Below, one piece after another: positions 18,072 to 27,658 of a stretch of DNA of 64,000 nt. The notes beneath the pieces were generated by a model. That model ran no database searches. It was not told the origin of the DNA and saw only the letters and a list, made by a program, of their open reading frames with translations. Made by a program: the position numbers and the translations under genes. This stretch comes from Thermodesulfobacteriota bacterium (GTDB lineage: Bacteria > Desulfobacterota > Desulfarculia > JACQYL01), in the NCBI GenBank assembly GCA_963675595.2, contig CAXXLZ010000002.1:3360001-3424000 (forward strand). Reading direction: 5' to 3'. How positions within the stretch are numbered: position 1 is the stretch's first letter; every line of letters starts with the position of its first letter.

Positions 18072-19835
18072 TCAGACGTGTAAGGGTTTGGAGTCCGAAG
18101 AGGAAAGTGCGCAGTATCTCCGGTAGAGCCCGTCACGCTCAAGTAGTTCCGCATGACGGCCTTGTTCGACAATGCGTCCCTCTTCCAAGACGAGGATCCT
18201 GTCCGCCTCCCTTGTGGTGGACATACGATGCGCAATGATGAAGACGGTTCGGCGTTTCCGAAGGGCCGACAAGGAACGCCGGATGAGCTGGTCCGACTCG
18301 GGGTCCAAGGCGGAAGTGGGTTCGTCCAGAATCAGAATGGGACATTGCGTGAGAAAAGCCCGGGCAAGTGCGATTCTCTGCCGTTGACCGCTGGAGAGCA
18401 GAATGCCGAAGGGACCCACCGAGGAATCGTAGCCTTGCGGCAGCTTACGGGCGAATTCGTCCACGTGGGCCGCACGGGCTGCGGCGAGAACCTCTTCATG
18501 GTCGGCTCCGGGTTTGGAAAAGGCGATATTCTCCGCCAGAGACGCGTCAAACAGCACCGGTTCCTGGGGCACATAGCCTATTTGGCTGCGCAGGCCGGCG
18601 ATCTGGAATTGCGAAATATCCCGGCCGTCCACGAGAATCGATCCGGAATCGGGTTCGAGAAAACGCAGAAGCAAACCCACCAAGGTGGACTTGCCGGCTC
18701 CGCTGGGTCCGACGATGGCCAGTATCTCTCCGGGGGACGCCTCAAAGACTAGATTGGACAGCCGGAACGCGGTACCGTAAGCAAAGTTTACTTGATTGAA
18801 ACGGATGTGGCCCTCCACCGGGGGGAACGGAGGAAGCGAAACGTCGTTCACCGCTTCGGACTGCGTTTCGAGAAGTTCATCAATCCGGTCCATGGCTCCG
18901 TATGCTTTCCCCAAGTATCCGAATGCGCGGGAAATTTCGTCCACGGGGTGAATGATGAGCAGCAGTGCGGCGAAGACCACGCTCAAATTCTCAATGGCCA
19001 GTTTATGGGAGAAGACCATGGCCCCGGACCCAAGGGCGAGAATGCCGATGGATGCGAAAGTCACGCAGGAAACCACCGCGGGATTTAAAGCCCTCCATTT
19101 GTCGCGGCTGTTGAAAGCGTCCACGGTCTGCCGGTTCAGATTCCCGAATCGTTCCTCCACCATTGCCTCGCGCCCGTAGGATTTAATCTCTTTGACGCCT
19201 CGGAGCATTTCTTCAAGAGCGCCGTTCAGCCGGCTCGTTCGGGCCTGGGCCGTCTTGGTTCTTTCACGAATTCGATTTCCCGTGAAATGCAGGACCAGGC
19301 CCATGGGCGACAGGATCAACAACGTCCCCACGGTGAGCAGCCACGAATGCACGAGCATCACCATCATCAGTGCGAAGACCACGAGGAGATTGGGAACCAG
19401 GACCAGCAGTCCGGAATGCAGCCCTTCACAAAGGATATCCGTATCGGAGGAAAGTCGGGTGATCATATCGCCCAACCGATGATGCTGGTAACTCCGATAA
19501 GGAAGGAAGAGACATTTGTTGAAAAGTTCGGACCGGATTTCGCCGCCGGCTTCGTTGCTGAGTTTGAAGGAGGCGTAGTCTCTCTTGAACGTGGTGTACA
19601 GGATCAGGACCAGCAGAACGGCTCCCAGAGCCACATGGTGCGTCAGGCGTTCGGGGTCCGGATTCTCGAGAATGAGTCCGGTCAGAGCTCTTCCCCAGAA
19701 GGGCGCGAGTACAAGGCAGGAGGTGGAAACCGTGGTGAAGAGCAAGAAACGAAGGAGTTCCCATCGCCGACCCCACAGGAGGTTCGCAAGGGTCTTCATA
19801 TGGTGGGGCGTCTGCATGACGGTGTGTTGATCCAT
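18072..19835 (-). CDS. MsbA-like ABC exporter (TMD + NBD)
   Basis: N-terminal TMD; GPSGAGKS, SSGQRQR, LDEPTS and IAHR motifs. Confidence 0.9.
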   Translation of the reverse strand: MDQHTVMQTPHHMKTLANLLWGRRWELLRFLLFTTVSTSCLVLAPFWGRALTGLILENPDPERLTHHVALGAVLLVLILYTTFKRDYASFKLSNEAGGEIRSELFNKCLFLPYRSYQHHRLGDMITRLSSDTDILCEGLHSGLLVLVPNLLVVFALMMVMLVHSWLLTVGTLLILSPMGLVLHFTGNRIRERTKTAQARTSRLNGALEEMLRGVKEIKSYGREAMVEERFGNLNRQTVDAFNSRDKWRALNPAVVSCVTFASIGILALGSGAMVFSHKLAIENLSVVFAALLLIIHPVDEISRAFGYLGKAYGAMDRIDELLETQSEAVNDVSLPPFPPVEGHIRFNQVNFAYGTAFRLSNLVFEASPGEILAIVGPSGAGKSTLVGLLLRFLEPDSGSILVDGRDISQFQIAGLRSQIGYVPQEPVLFDASLAENIAFSKPGADHEEVLAAARAAHVDEFARKLPQGYDSSVGPFGILLSSGQRQRIALARAFLTQCPILILDEPTSALDPESDQLIRRSLSALRKRRTVFIIAHRMSTTREADRILVLEEGRIVEQGRHAELLERDGLYRRYCALSSSDSKPLHV

Positions 19836-19886
19836 AGCGTCGGCTCGTATGACGCTCGGTGAAATTGATGTTTCTATGGGTCGGCC

Positions 19887-21182
19887 TTAAAGGCTTTCAA
19901 GGACCGCGCAGCACGATTGTCCCGCCATGCCGTAGTCGTAGGAAGCCACGGCGAAGCGCTTTCGCGTGCATGGGCGGTGTTCCGCACTGATGTTCATTCG
20001 GGCGAATGCCGGATCCGGACTCCTGAAGTTGAGCGTTCCGGGGATCAGGCCGTTGGATGCCGCCATGATGCCTATAATTACTTCAGACAGATCGCCGGCC
20101 GCCGCCATGTGCCCGAAATGAGGCTTGAGCCCGCACAACGGCACGCTTCTTCCCCCCTTCTCGGAAATTGCCTGCACGGACGCCAGCTCCGATGCATCCC
20201 CGTCTTTTGTTCCATTGCCGTGCAGTACCAAGAATCCCAGATCGTCGAGGGCGGTGCCGGAAAGTTCCAAGGTCTTCGCCAAGGTTTTTTCCAGCACTCG
20301 GGGAGGAGTCGAACCGTCCACTCCATCGACGGGATATTCGAATCCGCCCGTCGTGCCGAGCACACGGGCGAGGGGTTTCGTTCCCCGCTTGAGTGCACGT
20401 TCCGCATTTCCGATGACCAGGGCGGCGCCCCCTTCTCCCGGAATAGTCCCATCCCGTTCGGCGTCGAAAGGGCTGAAGGAATGTATTCCGCGGCGGCATT
20501 GGGAGATCGAGCCGTTTCCGTACATTTCGAAATGACCCACGGGCGCAAGCAGGCTCGCAGCCGCCACAACCAACGCGATATCCACCAGATCGAGCTCAAT
20601 GCTCCTGACGGCGAGTTCCAACGCCTGAAGTCCGAAAGGCGGAACCGCAATGAGACTCGTGTTGGCCCCCTTGCATTCGAAGGCGTGGGACAAGAAACTG
20701 AAGGCGTTGTTCGGCAGGGTGTTCAGCAGTATGAAAGGCCATACGTCATGCAATACGGAGCTGTTGAACGTACGGTAGTCGAAATCCGCGGTGTGCTCCT
20801 TGGTGGCCTTGCGAAGTACCGAACTGTAGGCCCCACCACCCACCTGTGCATTATCACCGCAACTGATGAATAATCCTCTTCTTTCGGGAGGGGTTGCTTG
20901 AAACGCGTCACCCGACCGACGGACCGCCTGGTCTGCGGCCAGGTAGCCGAAAATGGAGGATCGGTTCAGGTATTTGACTTGACGCGCAAGTTGGGGCGGT
21001 ATGGATTTCACCACGTCGGCCATCGGGATTCTGCCGGCGTATTGCAGTTCCGGAGGAGCGTTCTCCATGGGCTGATGGCCAATGCCGGAGTCATGACGCA
21101 GGACTTTCTCCCAGCTTTCCATGAGGTCGGAAGCCGGCGGGGTGATCAGTCCCATTCCGATAACCGCATTGGAGTCGAGCAT
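19887..21182 (-). CDS. Beta-ketoacyl synthase-like protein lacking the catalytic Cys (CLF-like)
   Basis: KS fold (PFDAERDG..PGEGGAA, HGNGT, GHMAAAG, PGTLN); AVPPFGLQA replaces TACASG. Start ATG 21182 abuts the fabZ stop. Confidence 0.8.
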   Translation of the reverse strand: MLDSNAVIGMGLITPPASDLMESWEKVLRHDSGIGHQPMENAPPELQYAGRIPMADVVKSIPPQLARQVKYLNRSSIFGYLAADQAVRRSGDAFQATPPERRGLFISCGDNAQVGGGAYSSVLRKATKEHTADFDYRTFNSSVLHDVWPFILLNTLPNNAFSFLSHAFECKGANTSLIAVPPFGLQALELAVRSIELDLVDIALVVAAASLLAPVGHFEMYGNGSISQCRRGIHSFSPFDAERDGTIPGEGGAALVIGNAERALKRGTKPLARVLGTTGGFEYPVDGVDGSTPPRVLEKTLAKTLELSGTALDDLGFLVLHGNGTKDGDASELASVQAISEKGGRSVPLCGLKPHFGHMAAAGDLSEVIIGIMAASNGLIPGTLNFRSPDPAFARMNISAEHRPCTRKRFAVASYDYGMAGQSCCAVLESL

Positions 21183-21183
21183 C

Positions 21184-21639
21184 TCAGGAAAGACCGGCGA
21201 GGCGGGCGAGAATGTTGTAGGTGCGCCTGCACTCGTCCGGGTCAAAGAGCTGAGCAAGGGAAATCAACCCGCCGCTGAATTCAGCATAGGCATTCTTCTT
21301 ACCATCGATTTTCCCAACGGCGCGGAAAGCCGGTTCTTGCTTCTCGCTCCCCGGGAGTGAGGAAACCTCGATTTCAATCCGATCGCCGGGAAGGGCAACA
21401 TCGTAAAACTTGCACCTGGCGACTCCCGTCAAGACGAACCAGTTCTCGAAATCGGAAGACTTGGCCTCGAACCAGCCGGCGCACTGGACGAAAGCCTCCA
21501 GCACCAAGGAACCGGGAACCACTGGATATCGGGGAAAATGGAACTGGAGGTAATCTTCACTCATGGTGACGTTTTTTGTTCCTTTGATAAGGATTCCCGG
21601 TTGAAAGTCGGTGATGCGGTCCAACAGAAAATATCTCAT
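21184..21639 (-). CDS. FabA/FabZ-like 3-hydroxyacyl-ACP dehydratase
   Basis: FLLDRI, KNVT..E, HFP..PVVPGSLVLE and PGD motifs. Confidence 0.88.
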   Translation of the reverse strand: MRYFLLDRITDFQPGILIKGTKNVTMSEDYLQFHFPRYPVVPGSLVLEAFVQCAGWFEAKSSDFENWFVLTGVARCKFYDVALPGDRIEIEVSSLPGSEKQEPAFRAVGKIDGKKNAYAEFSGGLISLAQLFDPDECRRTYNILARLAGLS

Positions 21640-21664
21640 AAATGCAATTCCTGTCCGAGCGGGG

Positions 21665-22441
21665 TCACAGGCTCAAACCGCCATCTATGGCGATGGCCTG
21701 CCCGGTGATATAGTCGGCGAAGTCGGAAGCCAGGAACAGCACGAGAGGAGCCACGTCGGCGGGCATTCCCAATCGACCCGCGGGTATTCTGGACAGTATC
21801 TCGGATTCCGCCGATCCGAGTATCCTACGGGTCATATCCGAACGGACGAACCCCGGCAGCACCGCGTTGACCTGGATATTCTTTCCGGCAAGCTCCGAAG
21901 CGCAGGCGATGGTAAAGGAAATCAAGCCGCCTTTGGATGAGGCGTAAGCGCAGTTTCCGCGAGTTCCTCGGATTGCCGCAACGGAAGAGATGTTGATGAT
22001 CTTTCCATAATGACGAACCACCATAAGCTCGGTCGCATGCCGGGAACAGAGGAAAGCTCCTCGAAGATTCACGTCGTGTACTTCATCCCAATCCTTGGTC
22101 TTCGTGGTCATCAGAAGTCGATCCCTGGTGATGCCGGCATTGTTCACGAGGATGTCGAGTTTTCCATATCGGGCACGAATAAGCTCGAACAGAGATGCCA
22201 CCTTTTCCGGATCGCCCACATCGGCTTGAAGCGTTTCCGCTGCGAAGCCTTCACGCAGAAGTGACTGTTTCAACTCTTCCGCCGCTTCCGAAGACCTTCC
22301 GTAATTGATCAGGGTCACGGCACCGGCGTGAGACAGGGCAACCGATATCTGTCCGCCGATTCCTCTGGAACCACCTGTAATAAGCGCTATTTTGCCCGAT
22401 AGATCTATTTTCACAATACGTCCGCTCTCGTCTCGCCGCAC
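21665..22441 (-). CDS. fabG: 3-oxoacyl-ACP reductase (FabG-like)
   Basis: GGSRGIG, NNAGITRD, YASSK, PGFV and YITGQ motifs; start may be GTG 22414. Confidence 0.85.
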   Translation of the reverse strand: MRRDESGRIVKIDLSGKIALITGGSRGIGGQISVALSHAGAVTLINYGRSSEAAEELKQSLLREGFAAETLQADVGDPEKVASLFELIRARYGKLDILVNNAGITRDRLLMTTKTKDWDEVHDVNLRGAFLCSRHATELMVVRHYGKIINISSVAAIRGTRGNCAYASSKGGLISFTIACASELAGKNIQVNAVLPGFVRSDMTRRILGSAESEILSRIPAGRLGMPADVAPLVLFLASDFADYITGQAIAIDGGLSL

Positions 22442-22487
22442 GCGGGCATGTCCAAAGTCGTGAGTTCAAAGGCTCCGAAATAGGCGT

Positions 22488-22889
22488 TCATGGTAGGGTC
22501 GATTCCGAATACGGGAGATGGTTGTAAATGATGCGCTCAATCCCGGCGGTGCGTTCTCCCTCCACGAAAAGCACCGCCTTGCCCAATGTGTCCCGCTTGC
22601 AGGAGGAGATGATCTCCGCATGAATCCGGGCTTGGAAACCGTTTCGGAGCAGAGGGGATAGGGTCACGTTTTCTATGAGGCAGGGAACGGGCAGCCATTC
22701 ATAATCCGACGAATAACAGATGAGCCAGCCGAGGGCCTGGATCATGGTTTCCACCAGCACGGTTGGGGGAACTACGGGCGAGGGCAGGAAAGCGGTGATA
22801 CCGACCCCCATGGAGGAGGTGAAATACTTTTCACATTCGATGAATTCGCCTTTTTCCAGTCGGAGAATTCTGTCGTAACAGGAAAGCAT
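22488..22889 (-). CDS. Second hotdog-fold FabZ-like protein lacking the catalytic His
   Basis: YDRI and PVVP..VLVE.M.Q..GW parallel the neighbouring FabZ; located inside the FAS operon. Confidence 0.7.
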   Translation of the reverse strand: MLSCYDRILRLEKGEFIECEKYFTSSMGVGITAFLPSPVVPPTVLVETMIQALGWLICYSSDYEWLPVPCLIENVTLSPLLRNGFQARIHAEIISSCKRDTLGKAVLFVEGERTAGIERIIYNHLPYSESTLP

Positions 22890-22995
22890 CGCAGTTGGTC
22901 ATGTGCCGGAGGATTGGTGAGTACCGATCATGGGCCGATTCGCGTTCTTCCCAGAAGGGTGTGGTTCCCTCAAGCCCTCGTAAAGCCTACAGGTT

Positions 22996-24258
22996 TCAGT
23001 CGTTGCCGGTGCCCAAACACAAGCACGCGTTCTGGCCGCCGAATCCAAAGGAGTTGGATAGGGCCACTCGGTGCTTCCTTTTAATACGGCGTTCCGGAAC
23101 ATACCATAAATCGCACTTGGGATCAGGAAATTCGTAATTGATGGTGGGCAGGATGGTGTCTCGCTCCATGCCCATCAGAGTCAGTATGCATTCGATGACG
23201 CCGGCGGCGCCCAAAGCGTGCCCCAGCATGGACTTGTTGGAGCTTATCGGTAGGGCGGCCGCTCGGGGGCCGAAAAGCTCTTTGACGGCCTGTGTTTCCG
23301 CAACATCGTTCTTGATGGTGGCGGTGCCGTGCGCATTGATATATTCCACGTCGCTGGGGCGAAGTCCGGCGTCTGCGAGGGCCAGCTTCATGACCTGAAC
23401 GGCTCCTTCCGACCTGGGATGGATGTCCGTGATGCGGAAGGCGTCCGCGGTGGAACCGTATCCCAGAATTTCGCCTAAAATGGGAACTCCACGCGTGCGC
23501 GCATGATCCAGGTCTTCGAGAACCACCACTGCGGCCCCTTCGGACAGGACGAAACCGTTCCGCTTTCGGTCGAAAGGTCTCGACGCTTGCCCGGGTGACG
23601 CGTAGCTTTCGGAGAGCGTTCTGAGAAGCAGAAAACCCGTGAAATTGAAAGGATCGACCGGAGCGTCTCCTCCTCCGGCGAGCATCACATCCGCCGCACC
23701 GCATTGGATCAGGTGATAGGCTTCTCCGACGGCTTGAGCGCCGGCGGCGCAAGCGGAACCGATACAGAAGTTCGGCCCTTTGCATTGAAATCGTTGCGCG
23801 ATCAAAGAGGCGGCTACGTCGGGTCTCCTGGTTGTGAAATCCTGAAATGGATACCCGCCGTCCTTTTCGAGGCGAACCAGATCCCAATGCCCCGAAGTAT
23901 CACGGAAGCGATGCAGATAGGCAATTTCGGCAAGGGACGTCATTTCTCCGTGGCTTGCCAAACAAACACCGATCCTCTCCCTGGTCTCGATTTGGAGCAA
24001 TTGCGCCTGATTTGCGGCCTCATCGACCGCCGTGTTGAGAAGTCCGGCAATGCGGGAAAAGATATCGATTCTGAAAGGAGGCAGTCCTTCGGGGCGTAGT
24101 ATCCAATCATCGAGAACCTCTCCCGCTATGGTACAGGGAAGACCTTGCGTGTCGAAAGAGCGAATATGGTCGATTCCCGACGAGCTCGCCGAGCATTTGG
24201 CGAAGGTTTCCTCGGCGTTTCTTCCCAGGCAGGTGAGCATTCCATAGCCGGTAACCAC
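22996..24258 (-). CDS. fabF: Beta-ketoacyl-ACP synthase II (FabF-like)
   Basis: SACAAG, INAHGT, GHALGAAG and SNSFGFGG motifs (complete Cys-His-His triad). The frame extends upstream as KRRVVVTG, so the true start may be non-canonical near 24280. Confidence 0.9.
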   Translation of the reverse strand: MVTGYGMLTCLGRNAEETFAKCSASSSGIDHIRSFDTQGLPCTIAGEVLDDWILRPEGLPPFRIDIFSRIAGLLNTAVDEAANQAQLLQIETRERIGVCLASHGEMTSLAEIAYLHRFRDTSGHWDLVRLEKDGGYPFQDFTTRRPDVAASLIAQRFQCKGPNFCIGSACAAGAQAVGEAYHLIQCGAADVMLAGGGDAPVDPFNFTGFLLLRTLSESYASPGQASRPFDRKRNGFVLSEGAAVVVLEDLDHARTRGVPILGEILGYGSTADAFRITDIHPRSEGAVQVMKLALADAGLRPSDVEYINAHGTATIKNDVAETQAVKELFGPRAAALPISSNKSMLGHALGAAGVIECILTLMGMERDTILPTINYEFPDPKCDLWYVPERRIKRKHRVALSNSFGFGGQNACLCLGTGND

Positions 24259-24278
24259 GACTCTTCGTTTGGAGGCGA

Positions 24279-24836
24279 TCAGGATATCCCTTTCTGTTGA
24301 TGTTCCAGAAGCCAGGTCTGGACGAGGTCATCTTCGCTTCGGAAGATGGGGGGCTCATTGCAGGAACCGCAAACGATGCGGGTTCCATCCTGCAATATCC
24401 AGGAATCGCGGGCGCAGTGGACGCATCTGTCCGGTAAGGTATCCAGAAGCCAAAGGACCCGGTCGACAATGGAGTCCACCGTGATCAGCGCAAGAAGGTC
24501 TTCCATGCGCATTCCCGGGCGAAGTGCGTCGACGTCGGGGAATCTCAGCTTTAACAAGGACAGGGCGGCCGGAGTGAGTCCGCCGTCTTCGTCCAAAGCG
24601 AACCCTTCCCCGAAAATCTCCTCCATGTGGTCCAGGGCGGAGTAACGGGCCATTCTCAATCCGAAGGCCTGTTCCACATGGTAGCTGATATCCAGGAAAT
24701 CGAGGGATTCGGCGTCCAGCTCCGTGGTCAGAACGGTTTCGGGTCGTATCAGGTCTTTTTCCACGGTCAAAGCATGAGCAATGGCATCGGACACGACCCG
24801 GAAAACCTGTTCTCTTTCGATCAGCGTCTGCGGCAT
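24279..24836 (-). CDS. Atypical acyl carrier protein with internal insertion and C-terminal CxxC-x14-CxxC domain
   Basis: LDAESLDFLDI Ppant motif and ITVDSIV helix IV; CVHC...CGSC; ATG 24836 follows GGGAG. Confidence 0.85.
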   Translation of the reverse strand: MPQTLIEREQVFRVVSDAIAHALTVEKDLIRPETVLTTELDAESLDFLDISYHVEQAFGLRMARYSALDHMEEIFGEGFALDEDGGLTPAALSLLKLRFPDVDALRPGMRMEDLLALITVDSIVDRVLWLLDTLPDRCVHCARDSWILQDGTRIVCGSCNEPPIFRSEDDLVQTWLLEHQQKGIS

Positions 24837-25172
24837 GAATTCTCCCGGAAGAAGATGGAACAGGATCAAGAAGCGGATCGAAAGGGGGGAAGCCGGTCCG
24901 CCGCCTGTGTTTCGAAGGAAGATGCGCCGACACCGCCTTGTGCATACAAATCAACGTGGGCGCTTCGTTCGAGCTCCAGTCCTTACTTCCCGTTTTCGCC
25001 ATTGGTTTCCGACCATGAACCTGCGGGCAAGGTCGAGAACGTCGGCAATACGTTTACTCAAAATGAGTTTGTGTGGAGTGTCTATTCCATGCATGCCGTG
25101 TGGACGGCGGGGTACGGCGGATCCGGCCGCAGCCCCAGCGACGGTCCGTTGAGGCAGACTCGTTACTACGGG

Positions 25173-25946
25173 TTAGGCCAACGGCCTGTACAGGGTATTC
25201 CCGAGCCCCCGATCGGCCACGATGGTCTGGCCGCTGATTCCACGGCTCGTATGATCACACAAAAAGGCCACCACGTCGGCGAGTTCCTCTGGATCCATAA
25301 AGAGTTCTTCGGGTATTCGAGTCATGTCCTTCAAGTAATATCGCAGCACGCGCAGAGAATCCGTTCTCACAAGACCGCCGCAAACCGCATTGACGGATAT
25401 GTTCCTATGCCTTAAGCTCTCCGCGCAGTCTCTGACAACCGCTTCCATGGCCGCTTTCATACTCCCCAACGGATATTGCGGGTTGTAGAAGCGACTCCCC
25501 AGGCTTGAAATGAAAACGATCTTACCTTGAGTCCGTTCAAGCAGGGGAACGCCCAGTTGTATGCAGAAGATGTTTCCCAGGAAGTTGGTATCGACCAGTT
25601 GCCTCAGGTCTCGCTCGAAAAGCTTCTCGATGGGTTTGAAAGGGGCTCTCGCCGCGTTGAGGATCAGGAAGTCCAACCGTCCGAATTCGGTTTCGGCCGC
25701 CTCCATCATCAGCCGAACCGATGCCTTGGACGAAATGTCCGCTTGAACCAGAATCGCGCGTCCCCCCAGCCCGTGAACGTAAGAGACGAGTTCCTCGGCC
25801 TGGACAAGGGACGAGCCCGCCGCCTTCCTGGAGGTGACCACCAAGTCGGCTCCCAAGGAGGCGAGCTTGGCGGCGACGGCGCGGCCGATGCCTCGGGAGC
25901 TTCCGGTGACCAGAGCGACTTTGCCTTTAAAACAGAGGCGATTCAT
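25173..25946 (-). CDS. SDR oxidoreductase, FabL-like enoyl-ACP reductase
   Basis: GSSRGIG, NAA, ISSLGS, Y-x5-K (YPLGSMKAA) and GQTIVADRG motifs; first gene of the FAS block. Confidence 0.75.
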   Translation of the reverse strand: MNRLCFKGKVALVTGSSRGIGRAVAAKLASLGADLVVTSRKAAGSSLVQAEELVSYVHGLGGRAILVQADISSKASVRLMMEAAETEFGRLDFLILNAARAPFKPIEKLFERDLRQLVDTNFLGNIFCIQLGVPLLERTQGKIVFISSLGSRFYNPQYPLGSMKAAMEAVVRDCAESLRHRNISVNAVCGGLVRTDSLRVLRYYLKDMTRIPEELFMDPEELADVVAFLCDHTSRGISGQTIVADRGLGNTLYRPLA

Positions 25947-26065
25947 GCGGCCGATCTTGGAGATTCGAAAAGAAAACAGGCATATCCGGTTCCAGGACTC
26001 GAACAGAAGGAATAATCCTAACACAATTTTTCAATGCAGTTGACCCTTTTTTGAGGCGGTTAAGC

Positions 26066-27022
26066 GTGCGCGGAAAACTTCTGAGTTTCAGGACCATTGC
26101 CTACCTGTTCGAAGCGGCGGGAGCCGTGGCGGCGGGCACCCTGATATCCTTGCTGCCGAGGCGATTCCGGCGGATATTTTCAATTGTTGCCGGTACCGTC
26201 GGCTTCCATCTGGATCGACGGGACAGGAAATGGGCTTACCGGAATCTCGATATCATTTACGCGGACAATCCCCTGGACAAGAAGGAAAAAGACCGAATCG
26301 TCAAAGAACTTTTTATCAACATAGCGACGGGAGCGTTCGACTTTTCAAAACTGAATGAAGTGACCCCCAATAATTTCGATCAATTTTTTTATTATGGGAA
26401 TTTTCAAGTGATAGGGCAGGCCTTGTCTCAAGGCAAGGGAGCCATCGCGGTGAGCGCCCATTTCGGCAATTGGGAGTACTATGGAAGCATCGCCGCCAAG
26501 TACATGAACAACATCACCGCCGTGATACAACGGCAATTCAATCCGTTCACGGATTCTTATCTCACATGGATTCGTGAGAAGAGGGGCAACATCAGGTGCC
26601 TGTATCAGGATCGACCCTCGATGTACCAGGAAATAGGCAGAGAATTACGAGAAAACAGAATTCTTGTTTTCCTCGCAGATCAAAGACAATATCGTAAGCC
26701 GATTTTGGTACCGTTTTTCGGCAGACCGGCGGAGACTTCGGACGGAGTCGCCATACTACATCTTTGGTACGGCGCTCCCATTGTCTTGGCGTTTTCCGAG
26801 ATTCAACCGGACGGCAAACAAATCCTGAGGTTGGATGGTCCCTATAATTTCAAGCCCGGCGGAAGCCCACAAGAGGATTGTCAAGAAATCATGAGCTTCA
26901 TTCATGGGAAATTCGAGAAAGTGATCTCGCGGCATCCGGAGCAATGGTTTTCCTTGTTGACTCCGAGATGGGAGCTGAGCCAAGAAACCCTCAGAAGTCA
27001 CCCCTCATTGGGAGACGATTGA
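26066..27022 (+). CDS. LpxL/LpxP-family lipid A acyltransferase, copy 2
   Basis: AHFGNWE, LADQ, VPFFG and HPEQWF motifs; paralog of 17162..18067. Confidence 0.85.
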   Translation: MRGKLLSFRTIAYLFEAAGAVAAGTLISLLPRRFRRIFSIVAGTVGFHLDRRDRKWAYRNLDIIYADNPLDKKEKDRIVKELFINIATGAFDFSKLNEVTPNNFDQFFYYGNFQVIGQALSQGKGAIAVSAHFGNWEYYGSIAAKYMNNITAVIQRQFNPFTDSYLTWIREKRGNIRCLYQDRPSMYQEIGRELRENRILVFLADQRQYRKPILVPFFGRPAETSDGVAILHLWYGAPIVLAFSEIQPDGKQILRLDGPYNFKPGGSPQEDCQEIMSFIHGKFEKVISRHPEQWFSLLTPRWELSQETLRSHPSLGDD

Positions 27023-27106
27023 AAGGCGTTGGGAGTTGCTTACTGATCATCCCTCGCCAACCCCCCAGTGGCTTCCGGTGCGAAAATGGGTAATGTCCCC
27101 ATTTAG

Positions 27107-27135
27107 TTGACACGTCAAAGCGTCTTGATTATAAT
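27107..27135 (+). promoter_or_regulatory. Perfect sigma70 consensus promoter overlapping the IS1 left TIR
   Basis: TTGACA-17 bp-TATAAT. Confidence 0.85.
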
Positions 27136-27172
27136 TGCCCCGGAGTGACTTCATGTTTCAAGGGGGCAATCG

Positions 27173-27658
27173 GTGACCGAACTTGAGAGATGCTTCTGTC
27201 CGAACGAAAAGTGCAAGAATTACGGGTTGAGTAATCAAGGCAACATCGCGGTTCGCGGCAAGTACGGCAAGGACAAAAGTCGCGATCTCCTTTACTGTCG
27301 CACCTGCGGGAAGCGTTTCGCCGCCACTCAATCCAGCGCCCTGTTTGGCCTGCATCTGCCGGCGGAAACGATTCGAGAGATCATCCATCATGCAGCCGAG
27401 GGCGTAGGAGTCCGGGCCACGGCGCGTCTGCTGGCATTGGACAAGGATACGGTAAATCGGGTGATCCTGCGTGCCGGCGAGCATTGCGCGTCCGTGCTAT
27501 CCAGTCTGTTGACCTCGCTGGAGCTGACGGAGGCACAACTGGATGAGCTGTGGACCTTTGTAAAAAAAAGGAACATTCTGGCGCCGCCCAAGACCTCGAG
27601 GAGCGATACGGGCGGACATGGATCTGGACGGCCATCGATGTCCCCACACGATTGCTGA
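27173..27658 (+). CDS. IS1 InsA-like ORF (Zn finger + HTH)
   Basis: CPNEKC...CRTC and the HTH GVGVRATARLL; LDELW lies before the slippery site. Confidence 0.85.
   Translation: MTELERCFCPNEKCKNYGLSNQGNIAVRGKYGKDKSRDLLYCRTCGKRFAATQSSALFGLHLPAETIREIIHHAAEGVGVRATARLLALDKDTVNRVILRAGEHCASVLSSLLTSLELTEAQLDELWTFVKKRNILAPPKTSRSDTGGHGSGRPSMSPHDC

Noticed and set aside
19887-25946. Ladderane or aryl-polyene biosynthetic cluster
   Set aside because: The block has no radical SAM, desaturase or methyltransferase genes and no aryl-loading ligase; its context is lipid A-type genes.
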